This document shows positions 25,151-37,230 of a stretch of DNA of 64,000 nucleotides, piece by piece. A program made the translations under genes and the position numbers. Each line of letters opens with the position of its first letter. Position 1 is the first letter of the stretch. This stretch comes from Felis catus. Its lineage: Eukaryota. The notes beneath the pieces were generated by a model. The model made no database searches. It saw only the letters and a program-made list of their open reading frames with translations, and had not been told where the DNA came from. The stretch lies in assembly GCF_018350175.1 (NCBI RefSeq), contig NC_058382.1, positions 55,740,001 through 55,804,000 of the forward strand. Reading direction: 5' to 3'.

Positions 25151-26050
25151 CTTTTTAAATTTATTTATTTATGTAAAAAATTTATTATTTTGTAATTTAA
25201 AACTGAGTTAATATAGAGTGTAATAAAGATCTCAGGAATAGCATTTAGTGACTCATCATTTCTACATTAACACCCAGTGCTCATCCCAACAAGTGCCCTC
25301 CTTAATGCCCCTTGCCCATTTAGCCCCTCCTCCCACCCAACAACCCACCAGCAACTCTCAGTTTGTTCTCTGTATTTAAGAGTCTCTTATGGTTTGTCTC
25401 CCTTTCTGTTTCTATCTTATTTTATTTTTGCTTCCCTTTCCCTATGCTCATCTGTTTTGTTCCTTAGATTCCACATAAGAGTTAAGTCGTATTTGTCTTT
25501 CTCTGACTGACTTACTTCGCTTAGCATCACTCTAGTTCCATCCACGTTGTTGCAAATGGCAAGACTTCATTCTTTTTGATCACTGAGTAATATTCCATTA
25601 TATATATACCACATCTTCTTCATTCATCAGTCGGTGGACATTTGGGCTGTTTCCATACTTTGGCTTTTGTCGGTAGCGCTGCTATAAATACTGGGGTCCC
25701 TGTGTCCCTGTGGATCAGCATTTTTGTAACATTTGGATAAATACCTAGTAGGGCAATTGTTGGGTCTTAGGGTAGTTCTATTTTTAATTTTTTGAGGAAC
25801 CGCCATACTGTTCTCCAGGGTGGCTGCCCTAGTTTGTATTCCCACCAGCAGTGCAAAAGGGATCCCCTTTCTCTGCATCCTTGGCAACATCTGTTGTTTC
25901 CCGAGCTGTGAATTTTAGTCATTCTGACAGGTGTGAGATGATATCTCATTGTGGTTTTGATTTGTATTTCCCTGATGATGAGTGATGTTGAGCATCTTTT
26001 CTTGTGTCTGTTAGCCATCTGGATGTCTTTTTTGAAAAAGTGTCCGTTCA
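25151..26050 (-). mobile_element. 5'-truncated carnivore L1 (ORF2 C-terminus + 3'UTR)
   Basis: [41 protein letters not shown]...HCWWEYKL; perfect 17-bp TSD tatcccctgacttctct at 25134-25150 and 26051-26067. Confidence 0.97.
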
Positions 26051-26864
26051 TATCCCCTGACTTCTCTTTTAAAGCATCTCCCCTCAGGTTTCTCCTCCCA
26101 TAAACACCAGTTGCCCTGCACGCAGTTAGTTATTACTTTTCTCAAAAAGGCAAAGCTTTAACTACTACAATTTTATGTACAGATCTACTCTTAAAACAGA
26201 AATGAAAACAAGAACCACGACAAAACACAACCACAAAATGCACTCTCAAAAATCACAAACCAGATAGAAGATACTCTGGCAGTGTTTACAAATTAATCGC
26301 TGTTCTCATAGAAAGTTGTTATGTAACGAAAATGTAAGTAGACTGCGTGCGATGCAGAAAAATCCATCTCCCTACAGAGTGTGTCCACATAAACTCACAC
26401 CTGATGCTGGTGGACTGCTTGCGTGTTGCCATTTACTCGTTAATGTCATCATTCCCACCTGGTAACTTCTGGCCATTTCATACCTGAGCTGTAATAGTAG
26501 CAAGTCAGCGGTACAGGAAACCTGCATGCACGATGCTGGGAGAAACACAAGCCTGTGCTACTGTAACTCCATTTGTGTACCAGCTGAGATGCTGAAAATA
26601 AAATGACAAATGCAAGTAGAACGTGGGATGGAGCATCTACTTAATGGACACTTGTCAAGCCCTTTACTGGAGACATTGTGTGCATGAAGGCACTTTTATG
26701 ATGTATTAGTATTCCTTTCATTTTCAAATATAAAATATAAATATGGCTTTATGTTACCAAAAGACATAGTAAGAAAGTAAAAACAAAGCAGTTACTAGCC
26801 TAGCCAGGCAAATTTGTTCGTTAGATTTTGGAAAAAGTCTGCTTTCTGCAGCTGGCAAAGAGAG

Positions 26865-27251
26865 TTACACAAAGCTGGAAGTGGAGGCTGCTAACCAGAT
26901 GAGATCAGTATGGGAAATGGGGAAACGCTTGGTGTAAATGTTTCCCACACAGAAAACAACCCCACGGTGCATTTCCAGGAGGCGCTTAACACGAAGGCCC
27001 TGCTCCCTCTTCTACCCCAACACTTCATCTTGGAGCTGGGCATCCATATTGTGTGTGAAGTCCAGGATGTGTGAGAGGCAGAGGGTGGCAAAGGGGGCTG
27101 GTGAAGATAAGAGAATCTGTATGCGTGGGCTTCTCCCCAAACATCTGCCCACGTACACCTGCACAGCTTGACACGCTGATGTCACCATGTCGAGCCCACC
27201 ACCGCTTCGCCTGTAGTGGAAATCTGTGTAGTAAGCTGCTGGGGCTGTCTT
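26865..27251 (-). pseudogene. Unidentified coding-like relic (possible processed pseudogene C-terminus)
   Basis: 129-codon frame with one internal TAG (27014-27012), ending ...LIWLAASTSSFV-TAA; locally CpG-rich; followed by AT-rich UTR-like sequence. Confidence 0.4.
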
Positions 27252-27408
27252 TCTTTTCCTTCCTTCCTTCCTTCCTTCCTTCCTTCCTTCCTTCCTGCCT
27301 TCCTGCCTTCCTGCCTTCCTGCCTTCCTGCCTTCCTTCCTGCCTTCCTTCCTGCCTTCCTGCCTTCCTGCCTTCCTGCCTTCCTGCCTTCCTTCCTTCTT
27401 TCCTTCTC

Positions 27409-27460
<52 letters not shown>
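27250..27460. repeat. (CCTT)n/(CCTG)n/(CT)n compound microsatellite
   Basis: seen directly. Confidence 0.97.
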
Positions 27461-27462
<2 letters not shown>

Positions 27463-28557
27463 TATTTCTTTCTCCCCCAGGGGGTATTTTCAGTTGATTA
27501 AATACATATTAGTCAAGGGCTCACTATGTGCCTAGCTCTGTGTCGGACACACAGCATTTCAATGTAACTTTTCCTTTGGAGTTTCTTTTTTATGAAATCC
27601 TCTCCATTCCCACAGTCCTTAGCATCCGGGGAATGGATCTTGAGGTACTAGGAAGCTGAACCAGACACATTCCCAGTGAGAGGTGGCGTGGCCATTCTCA
27701 CCTCTCAATGGAAAAGTCGTGCTTGGGTATTCTCTATAGGATTTACAGCTGGCACAAAGCCTCTAAATTGAGACGCCTTCTTGAAGAGTATACTGTAAGG
27801 TACCCTGGCATGATGTTGCTTCATCTTCTAGGTGCTAATTTCTCTTGGCCAAACATACTTCACAGATGAATGGGAAAGAATATGGGCTAGGACTGTTGCA
27901 GTACCCAACCCAGTTTCAGTTTCTCATCTACCAGTCTCTTATCTGCCCCCATCCTGCGAAGTGGTCCCCAGAGTACAGTATCATATGATCCTTTTCCCAG
28001 GCACAGGTTCCTGAGAAGCTCAAGGATGGTTCCAAGAAGCTCAGGCTCCTACAGAGAAAGGAGAAAGATGAAACAAGGCTTCTTGCTGAGGCTACAAAAC
28101 TTAGATCACACAGGCTTAGACACTCTGGTGGGTGGAGGTTCTTTCACCCTCACCAGGGCCTCTGCTTAACTACTCAGAATTAGCAAAACTGTCTGAAGTA
28201 AGCAAATAAATTAAAATGGTGATGCAAGCCACAGGAATGCTTAAATGGCAGTGAAAGAAAAAAAGAAAGAAAGGGAAAAAAAAGAAAGAAAAATTTAAAC
28301 AATATGAAGAAATCCTAAGTAGGCATTTGCTATGAATATGCTATAACTTAGAAATACATTGGGAGCAGGGAGTAGAGTGGTTCAGGGAGACACGAAAATC
28401 CACAACAGGTTAAGTTAGAACTTTACATATCTTGTGGATTTGCAGCAAATGTTTGAAAACAGTTTTTTATACTAGAGTCTTTGGAGATTCTCTTGACCTC
28501 CTAACGTTACAGATGGTACACAGCTTAAAATGAATCATGGCAGTAACATAATAAATA

Positions 28558-29185
28558 CAGTTGATCCTCGTTATTTGCAGATTCTCTATTTCTGAATCTG
28601 CCTACTTGCTAAAATTTATTTGTAATCTCCAAATCAATACTTGTGGCACGTTTGTGGTTATTTGCATACATGGGCAAAGCAGTAGAAAATTTTGTCTGAT
28701 ATACACGTTTCCAGCTGAGGTGGGATGGAGGGAGTGTCTGTATTGTTTCAGCTCTCATCCTGCAAACAACTGTCCTTCTTGCCATGTTTTAGTGCATTTT
28801 TGTGCTTTTTTGGGAGGTGATCTTGCTATTTAAAATGGCCCACAAGTGCTAAATTACTGTCTAGTGTTCATAAGTGCGAGAAGGCTGTGATGTGCCATAT
28901 GCAGAAAATATGTGTGCTAGATAAGTTTCCTTCAGGCATGGGTTATAGTGCCTTTAGTCATGCATTTGATGTGAATGAATCAGTAATGTATGATAAATAA
29001 TGTGTCTTTAAATAGAGATGCACATAAAATAAGGTTCTGGTTTGATTGGTTGGTGAAAATATCATGTCCAGGGCTTAGAGGATCCTAATTTCGTATTTCC
29101 CCAGGAGCATGGCTCAGTATTTGCTAGTTCGATATTTATTGTGATGCTATTGAACATAAGTACCGTGGGTAATGAGAATCAACTG
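28558..29185. mobile_element. MER82-like Tc1/mariner (Tigger-class) non-autonomous DNA transposon
   Basis: terminal inverted repeats cagttgatcctcgtta / taatgagaatcaactg with TA duplications at 28556-28557 and 29186-29187. Confidence 0.9.
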
Positions 29186-30859
29186 TACTCCTAAAAAAAA
29201 AAGTTACAGAAATGCATTTCATATTTTTGCTACAAATTTGTGTTTCCTGCCGTTCCATTGCATGCTAGCAGACCACAAACACATAGTTTCTGCTGACAAG
29301 ATGTGGCTGGAATTGCCATTAGGAAGGTTGGTGCCGTTCCATATCCCAACCGTCAGACATAGCCAGCCAGCTCAGGGCAGAGGAGAGTGTGTGTGTGACA
29401 CGTGGGGTTGCTCATTTTTCACTCGCTGAGATGTCCGTGAGATCTGGGAGCCTGGGAGAAAAGTAAGGCTTTCCCAAAGGAGCCTACAGCTATACAGTTA
29501 GACTTAAAAAAATTTTTTTTCATTAAATGTTAACTTTGTTCTTAAGTTTGTAGTTTATTTCAAGGTAATATCTTGGAGGAAGAAGGAATAACACTGCCTT
29601 ACAGATGACCTGTATCACTTTATAAGGAGGAGCCACACCAGGCATAATCTACTGCATGCCAAGTCCTCCACCAATCAGAGCATTTCCAGATGATAAGTAT
29701 GAAATCTCAGAAATATGGACTCCTTTTATGCTCCACAAACCACGGAAAGGATCTAAATGAGAACAGAGCTGGAGTAGAGACCAGAGACTTTTTCTGAAGA
29801 TGGCACATACTCTCATCTTGTGGGGCAACTGTCATTGATTGGTAGTCATTACAGGGGAAAATGTGTTCTGAAGGAATCTGGGGCCAAATCCAGGCTCAGT
29901 GGTACATCGTGGTGACATGATTAATTAGCCATGTTCACTGTGGGTGAGGAGGGCAGTAGCACACGTGTTATAATTTGCCTTCTGTAAGTTAAAGCAGTAG
30001 AGCGTCAGCAGAAGAACCTCTCTCATTAGATCAGAATAGGACTGGGTCTGGACTGGTGGTCTCTCTCAATGCCGCACTTAGCATGTTGCCTCATATAGAG
30101 TAGATGCTAAGTAAGCAGTTGCTAAGTGCAGCTAAGTGCTTACATACCCTTGAGTGTGGAGGGGCATGGAGAGAAGGATGGGGAATTTTTCAAGCCTATG
30201 AAGTAGAGAAGGTACAGTCGTTTGAGGTCACTAAGTCTTCCAGTTTGGCTTGAAATCCTGCCCCAAGGGTCATAGCCTCCCCTACCTTCACCTCAGGCCA
30301 TTTAAAAATGTGAAGTGTTGCAGTGTCATCAGCACCACCCTTGAAGAACAGCCTGAGCTGCTGGAGGCCATAGAGACTCAGCAGGACTCGAGCTTGGGAA
30401 TGGATTTTCTGATTTTCTTTTGAGTGCTTTAAACTACAGCTACCCATGTAGAAAGAGTCACTACATAAGTCTTCTCTGATTGATTTGTGTCCCTTTCAGG
30501 ATCTTGTTTGTTAATGTAACTGGCTTGCCTCGTAGGGGGTACATTAAGGCTGAACAGAGCCAGCTCATCTGTCCCTGCTTGGGTACCCTGTAGAGCAGAG
30601 GGTCATACCCACAGTTTGTCTTCATGATCTGCTCACGAGCCACACAGAAGGAACACATGTCTGAACAGCATGGGGACAGGCTCTCGAGGGGTGTCTGTGG
30701 AACACAGCAGAACCCAGGGGCTAGTAGTGGAAGGAAGGCCCTTTTCTCTCTGCCCTTCAAATGGAATCTAAGCAATGGTTTCCGGTATGATGCACAAGGT
30801 GATCTACAGAATTTTGTTTTAGATTACTTTTTGAAAATTTCATCTTTTTTATGTTGTGT

Positions 30860-31005
30860 ATATATTTTATAATATGCATGTTATATTACTCTAGAGTTAA
30901 TATAACTCTATTATATTAACTATATATATAAAACTGTATATATTCACAGTCATATATCTGTATCTCTATATATGTCTATATCTATATCTATATGTATATC
31001 TATAT
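30860..31005. repeat. AT-rich (TA)n low-complexity tract
   Basis: seen directly. Confidence 0.85.
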
Positions 31006-32634
31006 GAAGGACCACTTCTTACTCCTCCCACTAAGTATAGCACAAATCTTTGGACATTATCCATAAAGGAAACATAAGTATATTCTGGAAAGTGGAGAGG
31101 AGAAAGACCAGTTTTGAGACCCAAGACACAGCAATAAGTTCCTTGAGGTTTCATTTTGCCTCATATATCCTGGACTAGATTCTAGAGAAGGTAGTAAACC
31201 TGGAAATGCTAATGGGTTCAGACAAAGAAACAAGTCTCTCAGAAAAGTCCTCTCTCTCCAAAGACCAGGAAAGGGGCAGTGTAGTAAGAGAGACCATCCA
31301 AACACCATGAGAAAAACCTATGACACTTACCCCCAGCCCCATCAGCAAAGGCCAAGCAGAGAGTTGAGATGTCCACTTTCACCAAAGGGAATGAATAATA
31401 ATGAGATGAGGTACCCCTCACTCACCAGCCGTGATGTGGTGTCAGTGGAGGCCTAATGGGGAGCCTGGAGTCCCACCCTTCAGCTGTAACGAGGCATCCC
31501 TCCCCACCAGATGGAGGCTCAATGGGGAACTGGACTTTCATCATCACCTGGCAGTACTGAGGTGGCACAAGTCAGAGGAGGGCTGCTAAAAAGCAAGACG
31601 TAAAGAAGAACCAGAGTCTCTTGATATAATAGAAAAATGTTCAAGATACAAGTGAAAATCACCCATCCTACCTGGAAGCAGGAAAATCTCCATGTGAATG
31701 AGAAAAGACAATTGACAGATGCCTACGTCTGGATGACACAGATGTTGGAATCATCTGACAAGGATTTTAAAGCAGCTAACATCAAAATGCCTCAGTGAAC
31801 AATTATGAACATCCTTGGAACAAATGAAAAAAAAAAAGGAAAGTTCAGCAAAGAAAGAGAATGTTTCAGAAAGAAAAGAAGTTATAAGGGAGAATCAAAT
31901 TGAAATTTCAGAACTAAAATGTATAATTGAATTTACAACAATCCCCCCGCCCAGTGGATAGGCTGGACAGCAGAATGGTGAGAACAGAGTAAAGAAATCA
32001 GTGAATGTGAAGATAGAACAATAAAAATTACTCAGTCTGAACCACAAAGTGAAAATAGACTTTAAAAAAATGAACAAAATCCTGGAGATTATAATAAAAG
32101 GTCATGTTAGTCACAGAAGGCCAGGAGAAAGGTGGAGCTGAAAAACGATTTGTAAAAATAATGGCTGAAAATTTCCCAAATTTGGTAAAAGACCTAAACC
32201 TCAGATTCAAGGAGCTGAGCAAACCCAAAGTAGAATAATCCCAAGAAATCCACATGAAGACACATCATAGTCAAACTTCTGAAAACTGAAGACAAAGAAA
32301 CATTCTTGATAATAGCCAGGAAGAAACCATACCATACCCAGAGGGGAAAGGCAATTTGGATGACAGTAGACTTCTTATCAGGAAGTAGGGAGGCCAGAAA
32401 GAAATGGCACAATATTTTTCAAATGCTGAAAGAAAAGATATGTCAACCCAGAAATATATATCCAGTGAAAATATCCCTCAGGAATGAAGGAGCAATGAAG
32501 ACATTCTAAGATGAAGGAAAACTAAGAGACCTTCTGTCACCAGCTGACCTACCTTATAAGAATGGTGAGATGGAATTTTCCTAAGCAGAGAAGAAATGAT
32601 AAAAGAAGAAATTGTGTACAAAAATTCTCAGGTA
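31005..32634 (+). mobile_element. Old L1 5'UTR/ORF1 remnant
   Basis: atggctgaaaatttcccaaatttgg...cacatcatagtcaaacttctgaaaac; ORF ...REARKKWHNIFQMLKEKICQPRNIYPVKISLRNEGAMKTF is L1 ORF1-like. Confidence 0.88.
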
Positions 32635-33731
32635 TTCTTTTTCAACATTACTTGGGCTATTCAGGGTCTTTTCCAGTTCCATACAAATTTTAGAATTGTT
32701 TGTTCTAGCTCTGTGAAGAATTCTGGTATTATTTTTATAGGGATTGCATTGAATGTGTAGATTGCTTTGTGTGGTATAGACATTTTAACAGTATTTTTTC
32801 TTCCAATACATGAGCATGGAATGTTTTTCCATGTTGTTGTGTCTTCTTCCATTTGTTTCATAAGCTTGCTGTGGTTTTCAGCATATGGATATTTTACCTC
32901 TTTGGTTAGGTTTATTCCTAGGTATCTTATGGGTTTTGGTGCAATTATCAATGGTATCAATTCCTTAATTTCTCTTTCTGTTGTTTCATTATTGGTGTAT
33001 AGAAATGCAACCAATTTCTGTATGTTGATTTTATATCCTGTGACTTTGCTGAATTCATGTATCAGTTCTAGCAGTTTTTTGGTGGAGTCTTTCAGGTTTT
33101 CCATGTAGAGCATCATGTTGTCTGCGAAGAGTGAAAGTTTGACTTCTTCCTTGCCAATTTTTATGCCTTTTATTTCTTTTCGTTGTCTGATTGCTGAGGC
33201 TGGGACTTCCGGGACTCTGTTGAACCACAATGGTGAGAGTAGATATCCCTGTTGTGTTCCTGAATTTAGGGGGAAAGCTCTCAGTTTTTCCCCATTGAAG
33301 ATGATAATAGCTGTGGGTCTTTCATATATGGCCTTTAAGATGTTGAGGTATGTTCCTTCCATCCCTACTTTCTTGAGTGTTTTTATTAAGAAAGGATGCT
33401 GTATTTTGTCAAATGCTTTTTCTGCATCTATTGAGAAGAACATATGGTTCTTATCCTTTCTTTTATTAATGTGTTGTATCATGTTGATTGATTTGTGGGT
33501 ATTGAACCACCCCTGCAGCCCAGGAATAAATCCCACTTGATCATGGTGAATAATTCTTTTAATGCATTATTGTATTCAATTTGCTAGTATCTTGTTGAGA
33601 ATTTTTTGCATTCATGTTCATCAGGGAAATTGGTCTGTAATTCTCCTTTTTAGTGGAGTTTTTGCCTGGTTTGGGAATCAAGGTAATGCTGGCCTCATAG
33701 AAGGACTTTCAAAGTTTTCCTTCCATTTCTA
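32635..33731 (-). mobile_element. Inverted segment of a younger carnivore L1: ORF2 reverse transcriptase domain
   Basis: ORF 32661-33536 [11 protein letters not shown]...[15 protein letters not shown]...LSLFADNM...IRYLGINLT; catalytic FADD changed to FADN. Confidence 0.97.
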
Positions 33732-33803
33732 TCAACAATAGCCAAGTTATAGAAAGAGCCCAAATGTCCATCGACTGATGAATGGATAAAGAAGATGTGG
33801 TGT

Positions 33804-33844
<41 letters not shown>

Positions 33845-34628
33845 TGAAATATTACTTAGCGATCAAAAAAGAATGAAATCTTGCCATTTGCAACAAGGTG
33901 TGTTATGCCCAGAATTCGTGATCCCCAAAGACCACTAGGGAGCCGAGTCCGATGCAAAAGATGCAAAAGCAAAGAGCCTTTATTCGAGCTAGCTCAAGCT
34001 CAATCCCCTACCTGCACCGACGCAGCGGTGAGATACCAGGGAAAAGAGAGCGAGTTTCAAAAGGACAAAGGTTTTATTGGGGCCTGGGGGCAGTTGGTGA
34101 GGTAATGGCTATGGCCTCAGCCGATTGGCTGGGGAAGGGTCCTGGGGAAGGGTCCGAGTCCTGTTAGGCAGGTGAGGGAGGGTTTACTCAAGGGGAGGAG
34201 GTGTGGTCAAGGTGAAGGACACAGAACAAGATGGAGTCGGCTGGTGTAGGCCCGCCCTTTCAGGTGGTTGGAATTAGAATGTATTATGCTAAGAGAAATA
34301 AGTCAGAGAAAGACAAATACATGGTTTCACTCATGTGGAATTTAAGAAATAGAACAGATGAACATAGGGGAAAGAAGCAAAAATAAAATAAAATAAAAAC
34401 AGAAGGAGACAAACTACAAGAGACTCTAAATACAGAGAGCAAAGTGAGGGTTGCTGGAGGGGAGATGGGTGGGGGGTGGGCTAAATGGGCAAGGGGCATT
34501 AAGGAAGGAACTTGTGATGAGCACTAGGTATTGTATGTAAGTGATGAATCACTAAATTCTACTCCTGAAATCAATACTACAGTATATGTTAACTAACTTG
34601 AATTTAACTAAATAAAAAAGAAAAAAAA
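33732..34628 (+). mobile_element. Sense 3' end of the same younger L1, interrupted by a solo LTR
   Basis: caatagccaag...aaatgtccatcgactgatgaatggataaagaagatgtgg, carnivore 3'UTR, A tail; (CA)n at ~33806-33842. Confidence 0.95.
33901..34262 (-). mobile_element. Young gammaretroviral (ERV1) solo LTR, 362 bp
   Basis: minus strand TGAAAG...ACA termini; 4-bp TSD GGTG at 33897-33900 and 34263-34266; CCAAT, TATA-like AATAAAA and poly(A) AATAAA in order; CpG-rich. Confidence 0.93.
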
Positions 34629-34638
34629 TGTTCAGGTA

Positions 34639-35550
34639 ACCCAGGTGAAGGCAGGAAAAAGGAAACAGAAATGAATAACAGAAGGAACAAATAGAAAGCA
34701 AAAAATTAAATGGCAGAACTTAAGCCCTAACATATCACTAAATGCATTGAATTTCATCGTCTAAATGCATTAATTAGAAAATCCAGAGATCGATAGTGGG
34801 TAAAAAAGAAAAAAACATGATACAACTGCATGCCACCCATAAGAACCTACTTCAAATGCAACACTACAGACAGGAAAAGTAAAGGATGAAAATAAGAAAA
34901 TGGTATGTCAGTAATCAAAACAAAGCAGAGCAGGAGTGGCTATCTTAACATCAGATCAAAGGGGCTTCAGAGCAAAGAAAGTTACCAAGGACAGAGAGAG
35001 ACCTTGCATAATGTAAAAGGGTTAGTCTACAAAGAAGATGTAGTAATCTTAAATATGTATGCATTTAACAACAGCGCCACAAAACATGGAAAACAAAACT
35101 TGATAAAACTAAAAGGAGAAATAGACAAATCCACAATTGTAGTTGGAGATTTCAACATCTCTGTCTTTAACAATTGATAGAACAGTGAGAAAATCAGCAA
35201 AGGATACAGAAGAACCCAGTACCGTCAACCGACAGGGTCTAGTTAGCTTAGAACACTCTATCCACCAACAGCAGAATCCACATGCTTTTCAAGTACCCAG
35301 GGCACAATCACCAAGACAGACCATCCAGGGCCACAAAACAAACCTCAAGAAATTCAAAAAGTTTGAAATCACACAACAGGAATCCTCTGACCATGTGGAA
35401 TCGAAATTGAAATCAGTAACAGAAAGATAATGGGAAAAACTCCAAACATGTGGAAAGTAAACAGTGCAGTTCTAAATAGTCCGTGGGTCAAAGAGGAAGT
35501 CTCAAGGGAAATACAATTATATTTTGAGCTGAATGAAAATAAGAAAATAA
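34639..35550 (+). mobile_element. Old L1 continued: ORF2 endonuclease remnant
   Basis: ORFs ...VILNMYAFNN...LKGEIDKSTIVVGDFNIS, ...GHKTNLKKFKKFEI...SDH, ...LNSPWVKEEVSREIQLYFELNEN. Confidence 0.92.
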
Positions 35551-35759
35551 AGCACTATAAAAATTTCGTGTATAATTGTAGTGTAAAATATGAAGAAGAG
35601 GTTCAGAAAACCATCGTGACATCTAACTAGTGTTTGCTTCTCCAGACAAAAGGAAAACTGCTGGAAGAGGATGACAGAGAAAATGCCAGGGCACCAAATG
35701 CCAAGTCCTGTCTGTCTGTCCTGGGCACACACCATACTCTGCCCCCAGCTCTCTTTCCT

Positions 35760-36250
35760 GGGGTATTTCCTGGTTGCAGCATGAAACAAAAGATACATTC
35801 GAGTTAGCATCATCCAAGGGAGTTTAATGAAATGGCTCTTGATAAAGGTGAGGGTGGGGCTTAGGAAAACCACAAGGGATATTACAGGGCTCTGCCACTA
35901 AGGACAGTAGGGCTGTTACTAATCTGAGGCCTGAAGGGGCAAGTGCAAGCACAGTTAAAGAGCCTGGAGACAATGAGGGGTGTAGAGAGAACCACCTAGA
36001 CAGAGCTGTGACCATCTGTCAAGTGACTCAGTACTCTTCAAGGTGACCCGAAGGGGCAGGAAGCTGGAGAAGCAAACCTCCCTCTCCTTTTCCTTCCTTT
36101 GATCTCCTGCCTAGGTACCCACGGACCATACTCAACTGCAAGCCAGAGTCTCTCAAGAGGAGATCCATACAGATCCATACAGATCAGCCTCCCAGGGCTA
36201 AAAGCAAGGTCGAGAAAATTAGATCAAAGATTTTTTGAGGTTGGAGTAAA
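35760..36250 (-). mobile_element. ERVL-class LTR (LTR41-like)
   Basis: gagtttaatgaa...ggaaaaccacaagggat...gctgttact...ggcctgaaggggcaag. Confidence 0.7.
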
Positions 36251-36859
36251 CGGGAAACTATCTGGGTGGCAGAGGGACCCAGTGACTGGGTGACAGTGTG
36301 GCCAAAAGGAGCCACCCAGCCCTCAGTTGATTCTGATGTGAGTGAGAAAGAAACCTTTGCTTTGTTAAGCCTCTGTGATCTGGGGATGTTTGTTAAAGCA
36401 GCCGATGTTAATTACCTTGACCAATGCGCCTAATAAAAGCCTGGGCCTCAAATTCTGTGTGGAGTCGCATATTAAATACACAATCCAGCACTCAGCGCAA
36501 TTAAAAAGCGATTCCAATAGTTACTTGTGTCTCTTGAAAAACACCAGTGGGGACACAATTCATAATTTTAGTAACTCCTCCTGAAATCTGTTTTGTCTCC
36601 AGGACAGTCCTTCTTTGCCCACATGCTCTCATCTATCCACCCTCAGAAGCTCCACCCAACTCCCGGTCTATGTAGGATTTGTCCTTCCCTCCAGCCCTTT
36701 ATAATATCGGTCATTTACCTTCTGTCTCTGCCTTCCCCGTCACCCCTTTAGTCTCTCTTTTATCCCAGAAGATCCCTGAATCTGGTTGCCTAATATGGAG
36801 GGATGTGTAAAATTAAGGTAGGGAAATAGGAGAATCCAGGGATATGTTTAAAACACAGG

Positions 36860-37230
36860 CCGTGTGCTTGTGGCGGGCTGGCTACCCTGGGATTTGGTCT
36901 CTGAGACAGAGCTGACATGTGGCATGTTTATTAGGGAGCAAGCTTTGGATCAACTCCTGTGGAAGGGAGAGGGCAGAAGCAGGAATGGCAGAGGGAAGGC
37001 CTCGCTGTGACATGGGAGCTCTGGCGCCTATACGGCCATCTAGAGTTTTCCTGCTTTTGCCAGAATGGCTCGGCCTTTATACCCTTGCCTCCATCTGACA
37101 TTGATGTGTGACTTTGGGTGAGGTAATTCCTGAGAGGGCTGACAGCTGAAGGCTGCCTGCTGACAGCTCTCTCAGGAGCCAGGACAACGAATCTTGCCTT
37201 GCAGGGAGACCTGGGCATCTGGTCTTGTGT
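36860..37230 (-). mobile_element. LTR16-like ERVL LTR
   Basis: tctgagacagag...gtttattagggag...ctgtggaagggag...gaagcagga...ggcctttataccc...gctgacagctg. Confidence 0.7.

Noticed and set aside
27190..27215. RRSGGG as a lipoate-protein ligase (LIPT1) motif
   Set aside because: The flanking residues do not follow the ligase sequence, so no parent gene is assigned.
27071..27535. 154-aa and 93-aa plus-strand ORFs
   Set aside because: They are open because of stop-free (CCTT)n/(CT)n microsatellites; the same applies to 44113-44488, 10723-10950 and 53402-53906.
32661..33536. Longest ORF (291 aa) as a host gene
   Set aside because: It is an L1 ORF2 reverse-transcriptase fragment in a truncated, inverted insertion with a mutated catalytic motif.
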